A stretch of 64,000 bases of DNA, from positions 1,984,001 to 2,048,000 of the forward strand of contig OZ241867.1 of the NCBI GenBank assembly GCA_965203175.1, in the 5' to 3' direction. Below, piece by piece: positions 11,042 to 20,964 of this stretch. Below the pieces are notes generated by a model that searched no databases, had not been told where the DNA came from, and saw only the letters and a program-made list of their open reading frames with translations. The position numbers and the translations under genes are program-made. The number at the start of each line of letters is the position of its first letter. The stretch's first letter is position 1. The stretch is from Candidatus Latescibacterota bacterium. Lineage in GTDB: Bacteria; Latescibacterota; UBA2968; UBA8231.

Positions 11042-12310
11042 TTATTTGATCTGGACTTCGTCCAAGTGCAGGTAGTCTTTCACATCCGAGATGATCACCT
11101 CGTCGCCTTCGATTAACCCTTCTTCCACCTCGTAGTACTCGAAATTGGCAATGCCGATGCGCACCTCGGTCTTCACGGCGGTTTGGCCGCGCACTACAAA
11201 GACCTCGTGCAGGCCCGCCCGCCCGCTGATGAACGGCCCCCGCTTGAGGCGCAGGGCTCGGGCCTTGCGCGCGGTGACGATATAGGCGTCCACCCGCTGG
11301 TTGGGTCGCAGCAGCGCGTGCGCTGAATCTTCTAATTCGACTTCAAGCTGGATGATCCCACCTTCAACCGTGGGCAGGATGCGGGCGATGTGGCCCTTTA
11401 CGTATTCTTCTTCATTAATGCGCGAGCGCACCCACAGCCCGGTCTGGAGCCGGCGGGCGTGGATATCGGAAACAGTGACATCCACGCGGAACGAGCTGAG
11501 GTCGGCGATGCGGGCGATTTCTTGGCCCTGGCTGATGGAAGCGCCGACTTCCGGCGCAATCGCGGTGAGCACGCCGTCTCTGTCGGCCCGGATGTGGGCG
11601 CGCTCCAAGCGGCGGCGGGCCTCCTCGACCTCGCGTTCGAGGATATTCATCTCCAATTGCAGGGCTTCCAACTGGGCCTGGGTGGATTCGACGAGGTTGC
11701 GGCGGTCTTCTTCAAGCTGCTGCAATTCTATCTCAGCGCGCTGTTCTTGCAGGTGCGCTTGGCTCAGCTCTTCCTCGGAAACCGCGCCAAAACCCTGTAA
11801 TTCGCGGAGCTGCGCAGTGCGGGTCTTAAAACGCTGAAATTCCAAGTTCTTCAGCTTCCAGCGCGTGTCCAGATCGCTCAGCCTTTTGCGTTCGTCCAAT
11901 TCTAGTTGGGTGCGGCGGTTCTGCTTGAGGGCCAACTCTTCGGCCCGCTTCTCGACGTCGAGCCGCGCGGCGTTCAAGTCCAGTTCGACGATGGGCTGTC
12001 CCTGCTGCAACATGGCCCCCGGCTTTTGCAGGATGCGCACCAGCCGCGTATTGATGGGGCTGAAGATGATCTGCTCGAACTGGGGTACCACCGTGCCCGA
12101 AGCAGTAATCGTCTCTTCCACTGCGCCCCATTGCACCTGCGCGGTGCGAATGCGGTCGGGGTCCAGCGCCGGTCTGATCCAACTGGGCAACCAAACAGAG
12201 AGCCAGAGGAGCGCAGCCACTCCCACCACTGCATAGGCGATGCGCTTGCCGCGCTGGCGTCGCAGGAAGGTGGGATCTATTGGGCGGTCCATTGTGTCCA
12301 TGAGGTTCAT
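11042..12310 (-). CDS. Efflux periplasmic adaptor subunit (MacA/HlyD family)
   Basis: N-terminal TM anchor, ITASGTVVP, long coiled coil, IRADRDGVL, GLIEGDEVII; GGAGG RBS. Confidence 0.9.
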   Translation of the reverse strand: MNLMDTMDRPIDPTFLRRQRGKRIAYAVVGVAALLWLSVWLPSWIRPALDPDRIRTAQVQWGAVEETITASGTVVPQFEQIIFSPINTRLVRILQKPGAMLQQGQPIVELDLNAARLDVEKRAEELALKQNRRTQLELDERKRLSDLDTRWKLKNLEFQRFKTRTAQLRELQGFGAVSEEELSQAHLQEQRAEIELQQLEEDRRNLVESTQAQLEALQLEMNILEREVEEARRRLERAHIRADRDGVLTAIAPEVGASISQGQEIARIADLSSFRVDVTVSDIHARRLQTGLWVRSRINEEEYVKGHIARILPTVEGGIIQLEVELEDSAHALLRPNQRVDAYIVTARKARALRLKRGPFISGRAGLHEVFVVRGQTAVKTEVRIGIANFEYYEVEEGLIEGDEVIISDVKDYLHLDEVQIK

Positions 12311-12332
12311 ACCTCCGCTTGTCTTTTGTATA

Positions 12333-12347
12333 ACAAATTCCGTGCCA
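12333..12347 (-). promoter_or_regulatory. Putative sigma54 (-24/-12) promoter of the efflux operon
   Basis: Minus strand TGGCAC-GGAAT-TTGT versus consensus TGGCAC-N5-TTGC; 22 nt upstream of the ATG. Confidence 0.65.
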
Positions 12348-12401
12348 AAGAGACAAATGATTGTTTTTACTCAAGTTATATTTTTCGAGACAGGGCGTTT
12401 T

Positions 12402-12438
12402 TGTCCGCTTTTGAACAATCACTGTTCATTTTCGGACA
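12402..12438. promoter_or_regulatory. Putative enhancer-binding-protein sites: two TGT-N10-ACA boxes in inverted arrangement
   Basis: TGTCCGCTTTTGAACA (12402-12417) and TGTTCATTTTCGGACA (12423-12438), upstream of the sigma54 motif across an AT-rich spacer. Confidence 0.55.
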
Positions 12439-12461
12439 GTCGTTCGGAATCGGGAGGGCAC

Positions 12462-12489
12462 AAAAAAGGGCACCCACGAGGGGTGCCCT
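12462..12489 (-). terminator. Intrinsic terminator of PhyH gene
   Basis: Minus strand AGGGCACCC-CTCGT-GGGTGCCCT-TTTTT. Confidence 0.8.
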
Positions 12490-12511
12490 ACGAACGCAAT
12501 CGGCGCGGAAT

Positions 12512-13324
12512 CTATTCGACCCAGTGGCGGAACAAGGGCTGGACTGGGGCGGGCAGTTCGGCGAAAACGGCGGCGGGCAGCGACGGCACGGCGTTTTCCT
12601 TGCGGCCGGTTTCATCGGACAGGCGGCGGCGCTCGTCCGAGCCGGGGCGCAAGACCTCGACATTGAGCCACCAAGGGGCGTAGCGCACGACTACCGAGGT
12701 GCGGGGTTGGTGCGAGCGGTTGGGCGCGGTCGCGTGCCACAGGCGGCTGTCGAGCACGAGCACGCTGCCGGCTGGGCCGCAGGCGTTTACTTCCGTGGGA
12801 TACGGGGCCAGCGGATCGACGCCATTGTCGCCGGTGGGGTTGTTCGGGGAGCGGTGGCTGCCGGGGACGAGGAGAGTGCCGCCGTTTTCCTCGGTAAAAG
12901 GGGCCAGCATCCACAAGGTGGTCAAGTGGACCGTCGCGTCGGGATACGGCGCGGGGATATGGCCGGCGTTGTTCTGGTTGAAGGGCCAGTCGGCGTGCCA
13001 GCCGCCGCGCTCGTTGCCTGGGTAGTTGATCGTGCCGGTGGTGAAGGAGATGCGCGGATGATGGCCTAACATCGCGCCAACCAAGGCGAGGAGATTTTCA
13101 TCGGCGAGAAAAGGCGCAAAGGACTGGTCGAAGTTGATCATGCCCGGCAGGTGGCCAATGCCGGATGGGGCTGCGGGATTGCGGTGTTCTGCGACCGCGG
13201 CCTCGACGCTCTGGCGCACGTGCTCGATTTGGTCGGCTGGGATGACGTCTTCGACCACGCACCAGCCGTCTAGTTTTAGGTGCAGAAGCAGTCGGTCTAA
13301 TTGCATGAGCTCGCTCCCTGTCAT
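12512..13324 (-). CDS. Phytanoyl-CoA dioxygenase (PhyH) family Fe/2OG oxygenase
   Basis: DGWCVVEDVI, WHAD facial triad, ENGGTLLVPGSH, LWHATAPNRS..R. Confidence 0.9.
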   Translation of the reverse strand: MTGSELMQLDRLLLHLKLDGWCVVEDVIPADQIEHVRQSVEAAVAEHRNPAAPSGIGHLPGMINFDQSFAPFLADENLLALVGAMLGHHPRISFTTGTINYPGNERGGWHADWPFNQNNAGHIPAPYPDATVHLTTLWMLAPFTEENGGTLLVPGSHRSPNNPTGDNGVDPLAPYPTEVNACGPAGSVLVLDSRLWHATAPNRSHQPRTSVVVRYAPWWLNVEVLRPGSDERRRLSDETGRKENAVPSLPAAVFAELPAPVQPLFRHWVE

Positions 13325-13436
13325 CGGCTACATAATAGAATAGACTTTTGTTGGGGTGGCAATGGACGGATGGCTTGACAGCGATAGGATGGTCGTGGAG
13401 TTTGGAGCGCATGTCAATTTTGGGGGAGACCAGCGG

Positions 13437-14300
13437 ATGAGCATGGAAGGGGCACCGCCCCTCTGGTTGGTGCTGCCGCTGCTGATGGAATTCGGCTTTG
13501 GGCAGGTGTTCAAATGGGCCTCGCAGCACCGGTGCTACGCTCCGACCGTGGTATCGACCAACTATTGGGTGCTAGCTTCCATTCTGCTGCTCTATCTGGG
13601 ATTCACAGGGCAATTGCAAGTACCGGCCGGCGCAGTGAAGGTCGGCGCGATTACTGGCACGGTCTTCATTAGCTCCATGCTGTTGATGACGCGCTTGTTG
13701 CGGACCTTTCGGGTGGCCTCGGTGTTGACTGCTTTCCGCCTTGCCATCGTCGTGCCGGTAGGGTTGGGCGTGCTGTTGTGGAACGAGCCGTTGGGCAGCC
13801 TGCAACTGTTGGGCTTGGGCTTGGCGTTGGTGGCCGTTTTGTTGATGTCGCGGCACGCTGGGCACCAGACTAATGTTTCGCGCTGGGTCGCCACCGGGCT
13901 GCTGATATTGGTTTTCAGTATCCAAGGGATGAGCACTTCCTGTCTGCGCTGGGTGCATTACGCCGGCTTGGACGATGCCTATTTACAAGTGCTCATGGTC
14001 ATCGGCTTTACCGCTGGGACTATTGGGGGCACTGTGTTGCTGTGGGAGGCGCGGCAGCGCGTTCGGCGCTTTGATTTGGCGGTGGGAGCTGGTATTGGGG
14101 TGTACAATCTGCTGGCCTTAATGGCCGTGCTGATCGCGCTCAAGCACGTGCCGGGCACGGTATTTTTCCCATTGGTGGGCTGCGGCGTTGTCATTTTGGA
14201 CAATGTGACGGCACCGCTGTTGTGGAAAGAGCCGATCAGTCGGGCGGCCGTTTTGGGCGTGGGCATGGGGGTGCTAGCCGTAATCTTGGTAGTTCAATGA
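13437..14300 (+). CDS. DMT/EamA-family transporter
   Basis: About 10 hydrophobic segments with internal repeat (LLWNEPLG / LLWKEPIS); GGGGGAG RBS before ATG 13437. Confidence 0.75.
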   Translation: MSMEGAPPLWLVLPLLMEFGFGQVFKWASQHRCYAPTVVSTNYWVLASILLLYLGFTGQLQVPAGAVKVGAITGTVFISSMLLMTRLLRTFRVASVLTAFRLAIVVPVGLGVLLWNEPLGSLQLLGLGLALVAVLLMSRHAGHQTNVSRWVATGLLILVFSIQGMSTSCLRWVHYAGLDDAYLQVLMVIGFTAGTIGGTVLLWEARQRVRRFDLAVGAGIGVYNLLALMAVLIALKHVPGTVFFPLVGCGVVILDNVTAPLLWKEPISRAAVLGVGMGVLAVILVVQ

Positions 14301-14325
14301 AACTAAACGACGAGGAGTGTGAATT

Positions 14326-15465
14326 ATGAGTAAGCGCTACAAAGTCGGAGTCATCGGGCGCACGGGTGCCGGCGACTACGGCCACGGACTGGAAACCGTT
14401 TACCGGGACTTGGAGCAAGTGGATTTGGTCGCTGTGGCCGACTCCGATCCCGAGGGCTGCGCCGCAGCCGGCGAGCGCACGGGTGCCCAGCGGCTCTACG
14501 CCGATTACCGCCAGATGCTCGCCGACGAGGATTTGGACATAGTCAGCGTCTGTCCGCGGATGCCCGACTGCCACGCCGACATGGTCATCGCCTGTGCCGA
14601 GGCCGGGGTGCGCGGCGTGTTTATCGAGAAGCCGCTGACGCCCACTCTGCGCGAGGCCGACGCCCTGTTGGCGGCCTGTCAGGAGCACGGCGTCAAGACT
14701 GCGGTGGCGCACCGGCGCGCCAATCCCTACGAGGAGTACGGCAAAAAGCTGGTTGACGAGGGCGAGATCGGCCAGCTACAAGTGCTGCGCAGCCACGGCA
14801 AGTCCGACCGCCGGGCTGGGTCTCAGGATCTGATGGTCTTGGGCACGCACATGATGGACAGTATGCGCTACTTTGCCGGGGCTGAGGTGGTTTGGGCCCA
14901 CGGGCACGTCACGCAGGATGGGCGCGAGGTGACGTTGGACGATGTGCGGGAAGGGGACGAGCGCATCGGCTTGATCGCCGGCAATGGGGTGGCGGCGTAC
15001 TACGTTTTTGCGAATGGGGTGACCGCGCATTTTGAATCGCAACCGGGCTATCCAAAAGGGGCCAACAGCCGTTGGTTCGGTTTTGAGGCGCACGGCAGTG
15101 AGGGCATCATAGCCCTGCGCAATTCGCCCAACGGCGAGATGTACATCTATCGCCAGGGCATGTGGATCCCCGGGGAGGAAAACGGCACTTGGGAACGGGT
15201 GCTGTTGGACGAGTGGGAACAGTACTCAGCGGGCGAGCGCACGCATCAGAGCAATTTGATCATTGTGCGGGAATTGATCCAAGCCATTGAGGAGGATCGC
15301 CCGGTGAGGGTCTGTTCCAGCGGCGAGGACGGGCGAGCGGCGCTGGAAATGATCATGGCGGTACACGAGTCGCAGCGGTTGGGGACGCGGATGTCGTTGC
15401 CGTTGGCGAATCGGGAGAATCCGTATGAGACTTGGCGGCGGGAGGATGGGGAGAAGGCGATATAA
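14326..15465 (+). CDS. Gfo/Idh/MocA oxidoreductase
   Basis: KVGVIG, LYADYRQML, HADMVIACAEAG..VFIEKP, GTHMMD. Confidence 0.9.
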   Translation: MSKRYKVGVIGRTGAGDYGHGLETVYRDLEQVDLVAVADSDPEGCAAAGERTGAQRLYADYRQMLADEDLDIVSVCPRMPDCHADMVIACAEAGVRGVFIEKPLTPTLREADALLAACQEHGVKTAVAHRRANPYEEYGKKLVDEGEIGQLQVLRSHGKSDRRAGSQDLMVLGTHMMDSMRYFAGAEVVWAHGHVTQDGREVTLDDVREGDERIGLIAGNGVAAYYVFANGVTAHFESQPGYPKGANSRWFGFEAHGSEGIIALRNSPNGEMYIYRQGMWIPGEENGTWERVLLDEWEQYSAGERTHQSNLIIVRELIQAIEEDRPVRVCSSGEDGRAALEMIMAVHESQRLGTRMSLPLANRENPYETWRREDGEKAI

Positions 15466-15707
15466 AGTACTACGATCCTTGCCAGAAAATACATGCTAGA
15501 CGCATTGTACCCTCATAAAAAAATCGTGCTATCTCAATTTATAACAAGGAGTTATGCAGAATCCCAGTCCCGCAATATGGGTTGCGACTTTTGCACTTGT
15601 ACCTTAGTGTCAGGTAAGGGCATTACCCGAACCAATTGTTCGATTGCTTTGCTGTGGGATAATAGACCACTGGGGGCTACTATTATTGAAGAGGAAGCCG
15701 TCAACAG

Positions 15708-15980
15708 ATGGAATTTGAATGGGATCCAGAAAAAGCCAAAGCAAACGAGCAAAAACACAATCTTACTTTTCACGAAGGGGCCACTGTTTTTGGGGATCCA
15801 CTGGCAAAAACTTTTTCCGATCCCGACCACTCAGAGGATGAAGAACGCTATCTTACTTTTGGCCTGTCGAGATTGAATCGATTGGTAGTCATCTCGCATA
15901 CCCAACGAGCCGGAAAGACGAGAATAATCAGTGCACGTTTAATGACGCGTCGGGAAAGGAAGATCTATGAAGAAGACTGA
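15708..15980 (+). CDS. brnT: BrnT family toxin
   Basis: MEFEWDPEKAKANEQKH...F.DP...DHSEDEERY...RIISAR. Confidence 0.9.
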   Translation: MEFEWDPEKAKANEQKHNLTFHEGATVFGDPLAKTFSDPDHSEDEERYLTFGLSRLNRLVVISHTQRAGKTRIISARLMTRRERKIYEED

Positions 15981-18357
15981 TCCAGACGATCTGCGTCCAG
16001 AATATCGCCGTGAAGATCTCGGCCCTGGTGTCCGGGGTAAGTATTTGGAATCCTATCGGTCGGGGACAAATTGGGCTCTACTCCATCCAGACGTTGCGAA
16101 ATCACTTCCCGCAGACGAGGCCGCTCCAAGCCTGAATGTCTCTGAGACTGGTGGCTTACTCTTCGAGCAGTATGGACGCCATATGCGTATCAGCAATACA
16201 AAGGACGCCAATGATCACAAGCAGTTTGCACTAGAATTGAAGGCTTGGGCTGAGAAGTACCACGAGGAGAGTGCAAGGGTCATTGCCGAATTGGAGGAAT
16301 TTTTACACCAATTTAACACATTCGACATACTAGCCAACGTAAGCCTTGCCAACCTATTCATTGTTCCAGACAAGTTTGAGGAGCCCAGCCATAAAGGGTT
16401 CTCTGCATATGTAGAGTTCGTCGCACTTGTGGCACTGAAAGGGAGCTTTGTCGAAGCCCAAGCTCGAGATCCGAGGTCTGAAGATTTAAAGAAGATCCAA
16501 GATCTCGTTGACCAGATTTTCTCAATGCACTTCCAGTACACTCTAGCTCAGTCCATAGAAGAAGAGCCTACGGGTCCACCATCACCCCTTGAAACTCTTC
16601 AGTTCGCCGTTCGACAGAACGAATTGATGGTCCGTGGACCCGCTTATCCGATCCACTTGTTCGAAGTTTTAGAGGGTCTCTTTAGCCCGTTCGACACGGA
16701 ACTCCTAAGACTTGGCGGCTTCTCTAGTGCCACCGCGCTTGGAGTGAGCGAAGCGATGAATGCCTTGGTCTCAAATCGGCTCGCCGAGAAGGGGAAGTCA
16801 GCTAGGGTACAGACGAGTGATCTTCTCCGGAAGATTCGTGCCCGCAAGCGTGACACGAGCGTGGACATAGGTCTCCCGGAGAAACAGGTCAAAGCCCTAA
16901 TCCAGTTACCTGATCGTGAGATTCGTCGAAGGCTCGACGGATTCGCAGCAGCTTGTATATCTCATGGGATTGGCCAGACTGTTTCGTTTACAGCGGATGA
17001 ACTGGCTAATCAGCAGGAAACTCCAGTTGATCAGATGGAAGCGCTTCTTCGGCACCTGTCGGCTGAGTTTGGCTCGGTCGACAGTAGGTTCTTCGCTCCG
17101 ACACCTGATCATCTTCTTAAGAATAAGCCGCTCCTTCACCACGAAGGACGATATCTGTGTCCTACGCGGGTATTGCTCAACGGGGCTCTGCTGCCAACCA
17201 TGGAGGGGCTGCTAACCACTTCAAGGCCTCGGCTAGCCGAGCGCTATAGAAAACATCGCCACGATCTGCTTCTGCAGACGGCCGTAGAGCGCCTTCTGAA
17301 AATATTACCTGGGGCCACTAGCGACATGAAGCTTCACTATCAGTTCGAAGGCGAGCAGCCCGAGCTAGATGCTCTTATCCAGTACGACTCAGTACTCTTA
17401 TTACTTGAAGCCAAGGGTGCCCCACTGACTCCTCCAGCGCGTCGGGGAGCCCCAGATCGTCTCAAGCGGGATCTCCGGAGAGTAGTTGCCGATGCCCACA
17501 AGCAAGGCCATCGAGCGTTCCGCTTCCTCAGTGAGGGATCAGGAAGGTTCGCCAAGAAGGATGGGACCTCGTTAGAAGTTGATTTGAGGAGCTTTGAAGA
17601 GGTCTTCGTCGTCTCGCTACACCTTGAGCCGATTGGACACCTGACCGCGTTGAGCCATGCCATTGATGTGTTAGACCTGACTACACAAGAAGATGAGCAA
17701 TCATGGATGGTAAGCCTATACGATCTGATGGTTCTTGCAGATATTATAGACATACCATCTATGCTTCCACACTACATCAAGAGACGATTGCGTGTAGCAA
17801 AGCAGGGGTTTGTTAATGCCCATGATGAGCTAGATCTCTTCTGTTACTACTTGCAGGATGGCCTCTTCTTTGATAGTAAGAACGACCTCGGAGAAGCCGA
17901 CTCTCTTACTGTCTTAAGCCACACGGTCCCTCTAGATGATTACTATTTCTACATACAGGGAGAGCGGAGGCAGCGCGCCGAGAAGCCAAAGCAGAAGATG
18001 CGGCCTGTCTTTGAGTCTCTTGTTAAAGCAATTGAGGCTTCGCAACTGCCCTCACGTACAAGTGTCAACATGGCTCTTCTTGATCAGAGCGGCGAATCGC
18101 GAAGGGCTTTCTGTGATCTAGTTGGGACGGTGAGAAAGCGTTTCGCAAAGGACGGCAAGCTTCATGACGGATCGGTGTACTTCAAGGAAGAAGGTGGATG
18201 GGGAGTGACATTCATGTGCGGACCTAAAGAGAGGATGGAGATCTTGCATCAATACTGTAACAGGAAGAGAGATGAAATGGACGCTAGGGAGTGGTACGGT
18301 ATCGCGGATTGTGGACGGAGATCGCCTCAGATATGCGGACTAGTCTGTGAAACCTAA
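15967..18357 (+). CDS. BrnT-partner antitoxin-like N-terminus fused in frame to a large NERD/PD-(D/E)XK-like nuclease protein (internal ATG at 16183)
   Basis: DDLRPEY...GVRGKY...GTNWALLHPDVAK resembles the antitoxin that follows BrnT; ELDALIQYDSVLLLLEAKG is a nuclease-type E-D-ExK motif. Confidence 0.6.
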   Translation: MKKTDPDDLRPEYRREDLGPGVRGKYLESYRSGTNWALLHPDVAKSLPADEAAPSLNVSETGGLLFEQYGRHMRISNTKDANDHKQFALELKAWAEKYHEESARVIAELEEFLHQFNTFDILANVSLANLFIVPDKFEEPSHKGFSAYVEFVALVALKGSFVEAQARDPRSEDLKKIQDLVDQIFSMHFQYTLAQSIEEEPTGPPSPLETLQFAVRQNELMVRGPAYPIHLFEVLEGLFSPFDTELLRLGGFSSATALGVSEAMNALVSNRLAEKGKSARVQTSDLLRKIRARKRDTSVDIGLPEKQVKALIQLPDREIRRRLDGFAAACISHGIGQTVSFTADELANQQETPVDQMEALLRHLSAEFGSVDSRFFAPTPDHLLKNKPLLHHEGRYLCPTRVLLNGALLPTMEGLLTTSRPRLAERYRKHRHDLLLQTAVERLLKILPGATSDMKLHYQFEGEQPELDALIQYDSVLLLLEAKGAPLTPPARRGAPDRLKRDLRRVVADAHKQGHRAFRFLSEGSGRFAKKDGTSLEVDLRSFEEVFVVSLHLEPIGHLTALSHAIDVLDLTTQEDEQSWMVSLYDLMVLADIIDIPSMLPHYIKRRLRVAKQGFVNAHDELDLFCYYLQDGLFFDSKNDLGEADSLTVLSHTVPLDDYYFYIQGERRQRAEKPKQKMRPVFESLVKAIEASQLPSRTSVNMALLDQSGESRRAFCDLVGTVRKRFAKDGKLHDGSVYFKEEGGWGVTFMCGPKERMEILHQYCNRKRDEMDAREWYGIADCGRRSPQICGLVCET

Positions 18358-18380
18358 CCACCCCCAGACTGGCGCTGCAC

Positions 18381-18468
18381 CATAACACGTCCACTTGTTT
18401 TGCGGCGCATTCGCGCTTTGGTCTTCGGCAACCTGTTGCGCGGATTCGCAAACCAGCAGAAGTTACGC
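18381..18468 (+). repeat. attC-like imperfect palindrome 1
   Basis: CATAAC...GTTACGC ends; core TTCGCGCTTTGGTCTTCGGCAAC shared with the 20965 element. Confidence 0.5.
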
Positions 18469-18532
18469 GAAAATGAAAATCTACCAATTCAATGGCGATA
18501 CAACCTTATAACTCATTACCGCAATATTAATA

Positions 18533-20317
18533 ATGCTTGAGCACAAGACGACTATTACAAGAGTCGATTTCAGAGACTATAAGGCCTTTTCCCAAATGAC
18601 TGTGCGCCTTCAGCACATGAACATACTGGTAGGGCCAAACAATTGTGGAAAATCCACTATTTTAGATGCATTTCGCACGCTGGATACAGCAATGCGGCGT
18701 GCTCGGAATAAATCTCCTGAACGAATCATTGGCCCCGAAGGTAGGACCCTTGGTTATCCTTTGGTAAGTGAATCACTGCCTATGTCAATCGAGAATGTCC
18801 ACACTGATTATGAGGAGATACCCAGTTTAGTAAACTTTCGATTCTCTAATTCTAGCCTATTGACGCTTTACTTCCCTGAAGACGGTGGGGCATATCTCAT
18901 ACCAGAGGGCAATGAAGGTGCAATCATTTCTGCGAGGGATTTTAATAGAGCCTTTCCAACTCGAATTTCTGTCGTACCAGTTCTTGGCCCTGTTGAACAT
19001 GAAGAGAGGGTTAGAACTCCTGATACTGTGCGTAATGGTTTAGCTACTCATAGAGCATCTAGACATTTTAGAAATTATTGGCGGTATTTTAACGAAGATT
19101 TCGATCAATTCGCTGCACTTATAAAGCGGACATGGCCAGGAATGGAGATTCTTCCTCCAGAAGAAACAGACATTAGCTCTCAAACCCTTCAGATGTTCTG
19201 CTTAGAAAATCGTATAACTCGCGAACTCTATTGGTCGGGTTTTAGGTTTCAAATATGGTGTCAGCTTTTAACACATATATCTCGATGTAGAAAAGATAAC
19301 CTTCTTATAGTAGATGAACCTGAAATCTATTTGCACCCTGATATACAACGTCAACTCCTCGGAATCCTACGAGATGCAGGACCAGATATTCTCCTTGCCA
19401 CTCACTCAAGTGAAATTATGGGCGAAGCAGATCCAAGCGAAATCCTACTTGTTGATAAACACAAAAAAACTGTAGATCGCCTGCGTGATATCGACAGCGT
19501 ACAAGCAGCTTTGAATACCATAGGATCTATCCAAAATATAACCCTCGCTCAGTTAGCTCGTAATCGCCGAGTACTCTTCGTAGAAGCATTTGATGACTTT
19601 CGCATCTTACGCAGGTTCGCTAAACGAATTGGCTTGAATGAGTTAGCTGCTGGAGTCGACTTTACTCCTGTCGAGTCAGGTGGCTTTTCAAACTGGGAAC
19701 GTGTTCGATCGTTGGGTTGGGGGATGGAAAAAACTATTGGTAAAGCCTTAAAACTTGGTGCCGTTTTTGACCGGGACTTCTGGCCAGATGAACAGATCAA
19801 TGAAATCTTAAAGGAGCTATGTGAACATCTCAATTTCGCTTCAATACATCAAAGAAAAGAAATAGAGAACTATCTTCTAGTTCCGTCTGTACTCCAGCGG
19901 GCTCTTGAACGTGCAGTCGAAGACCGCTCTAAACGACAAGACTCGACCCCACCTGCTGTTTGGGCTGTAAGCGATGTTCTTGCAGAGATTACTGAGCCTA
20001 GGCACATCTCAATTCAGGGACAGTATATTGCGAAAAGAAGTTCATATCTCAAATCGACAAAGGAAGACCCTGCCAATATTGCAGCAACTGCCATTGAACA
20101 ACTAAACCAAAAGTGGGCTAATATAGAGACACGCATGGAAGTTATTCCTGGGAAAGAAATACTTGCGGCTCTGAGGCAACGCATACAAGCAGATTTCTCT
20201 GTCACTCTGACTGATAATAGAATAATTGATGCCTTCCGCAAAGATGAGATTCCAGAAGATATGATATCATTGCTAAATGCACTTGAAAAATTTAGATCTG
20301 AACCTAGTCCGACATAG
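18533..20317 (+). CDS. OLD-like ATP-dependent nuclease (ABC ATPase + TOPRIM)
   Basis: LVGPNNCGKST, IVDEPEIYLHP, ATHS, LFVEAFDD, FDRD, RKEIENYL; AT-rich codon usage. Confidence 0.8.
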   Translation: MLEHKTTITRVDFRDYKAFSQMTVRLQHMNILVGPNNCGKSTILDAFRTLDTAMRRARNKSPERIIGPEGRTLGYPLVSESLPMSIENVHTDYEEIPSLVNFRFSNSSLLTLYFPEDGGAYLIPEGNEGAIISARDFNRAFPTRISVVPVLGPVEHEERVRTPDTVRNGLATHRASRHFRNYWRYFNEDFDQFAALIKRTWPGMEILPPEETDISSQTLQMFCLENRITRELYWSGFRFQIWCQLLTHISRCRKDNLLIVDEPEIYLHPDIQRQLLGILRDAGPDILLATHSSEIMGEADPSEILLVDKHKKTVDRLRDIDSVQAALNTIGSIQNITLAQLARNRRVLFVEAFDDFRILRRFAKRIGLNELAAGVDFTPVESGGFSNWERVRSLGWGMEKTIGKALKLGAVFDRDFWPDEQINEILKELCEHLNFASIHQRKEIENYLLVPSVLQRALERAVEDRSKRQDSTPPAVWAVSDVLAEITEPRHISIQGQYIAKRSSYLKSTKEDPANIAATAIEQLNQKWANIETRMEVIPGKEILAALRQRIQADFSVTLTDNRIIDAFRKDEIPEDMISLLNALEKFRSEPSPT

Positions 20318-20347
20318 ACCCCAAGAGGTAGCCTGATTTTCATCGTC

Positions 20348-20444
20348 GCTTAACACCCCACCCATGGCTACGGCCCACTCGGCCTGAGTCCAACTCGCTT
20401 CGCGAGTTCGTAGGCGGTCAATACGTTACAAGAATGCGTTAAAC
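20348..20444 (+). repeat. attC-like imperfect palindrome 2
   Basis: GCTTAAC...GTTACAA/GTTAAAC ends; CTACG/CGTAG arms; internal AACTCGC-TTC-GCGAGTT hairpin. Confidence 0.5.
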
Positions 20445-20460
20445 CGAGGCAATCAATTCC

Positions 20461-20938
20461 GTGACGGTTAGAATTGAGAATCTACAGCGTCATACAGGTT
20501 CTATTGAGGATCTTTCGGTGACGCATTTTGACCTGTGGGGGCCACTGCCAGCCGGAACACCCTGGAAGAGTATCAAAATCTACTCGAACACGCTGTCGCC
20601 GCTGATGGACTTCCAAGCACGCTAGTTGCGGAGGAAAATGGGGCGATCCTCGGATCAGTAAACGTCCTGGATAGCGATTTGCCAATCCGGTCCGATCTAA
20701 CGCCTTGGTTGGCTCAACTGTTCGTGTTTCCAGAGTATCGACACCAAGGGTCGGCTCACTATTGGTCGATGCTGCCATCTCAGAGGCGCGAAGGCTTAGT
20801 CATTCGGCAATCTATCTGTACACTTCTGGGTCCCTTCCAAAGTACTACGAGGGACTCGGCTGGTCTCGGCTAGATGCAGTTGAATATCTTGACAAGCTCC
20901 GTGTGATCATGGCCTATAATATTGAAATCGCGGTTTGA
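20461..20938 (+). pseudogene. GNAT acetyltransferase, two frameshifts
   Basis: Segments VTVRIENL...LWGP / SRNTLEEY...PWLAQLFVFPEYRHQG / VGSLLVDAA...YYEGLGW join into one GNAT only across frame changes. Confidence 0.7.
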
Positions 20939-20964
20939 GGCTTAGGCCCAATCACACATCTTGA

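Noticed and set aside
11906-13069. 387-aa plus-strand ORF and similar long overlapping ORFs (27792-28907, 58648-59724, 38410-39285)
   Set aside because: Shadow or alternative frames of well-supported genes in GC-rich DNA; no motifs
15554-15607. 17-codon ORF MQNPSPAIWVATFALVP with AAGGAG RBS
   Set aside because: Too short to assign; no attenuator structure; probably a gene remnant at the accessory boundary
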